From Tricharina praecox (taxonomy: Eukaryota), in NCBI RefSeq assembly GCF_024521635.1, contig NW_026250418.1:62001-126000 (forward strand): a stretch of DNA of 64,000 bases, in the 5' to 3' direction. Each line of letters starts with the position of its first letter. The stretch's first letter is position 1. The notes beneath the pieces are model-generated. The model made no database searches. It saw nothing but the letters and a program-made list of their open reading frames with translations, and was not told the origin of the DNA. The position numbers and the translations under genes are program-made. This document shows, in pieces, positions 63,656-64,000 of the stretch.

Positions 63656-64000
63656 CAACTGCCGTCCCGCTTCTCGTCTCGTCCCGCTCAACGAACGAAC
63701 GAGCGAACGGAGGAGATATACGGGGCAAGCCTGGGAGAAGCAGGTACCGACCCGGGCGATCGTACAGTCTAGAATCGGGGGGGGGAGGGGGGAGTGTGCT
63801 TTTAGAGTAGGGAGCAGCTACCCACGTACGTCGGTAGAAGTCGTGCTGGCTCTCTCTCTCTCACTCGCCGCCCGCTGGTAGATGTTGCAGGAAGATTTCG
63901 CGGGCCAAACACACGTGCGTAACTACCTCCGTGGAGCTATCCCAGTACCTAGTACTCTAGAATAGGTATCATGGCTGCCTCAGCAAACCATGTCGGCAGA

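Noticed and set aside
62991..63881. 296-aa ORF on +
   Set aside because: Non-ATG start, composed of microsatellite-derived low-complexity sequence

Overview
Gene-sparse eukaryotic DNA from a filamentous ascomycete (short GT-AG introns with CTRAC-type branch sites, an intron-containing tRNA). Recognisable housekeeping genes are ATG12 (16475-17069, +), tRNA-Ile(AAT) (17246-17332, +) and branched-chain alpha-keto acid dehydrogenase E1-alpha (58153-59620, -). There is also a 3-exon protein with one atypical C2H2 finger, a single-TM hypothetical protein and a spliced 82-aa Gly-rich microprotein. Non-coding DNA holds hAT-like and Tc1/mariner-like MITEs, a decayed Tc1/mariner-type DDE transposon with a scrambled inverted fragment, and many mini/microsatellites. 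The most striking signal is a dispersed, co-oriented family of intronless small genes on the minus strand (22742-22927, 38384-38566, 40459-41349, plus a divergent candidate at 7393-7743). They share an ungapped 36-aa C-terminal module GVx[VI][PE]GWxxRV[PY][VL]PG[HYF]x11RxF[DE]xx[FY]xS that I do not recognise, fused to unrelated disordered N-termini, with similar promoter and UTR architecture. No database searches could be run, so novelty claims are untested.
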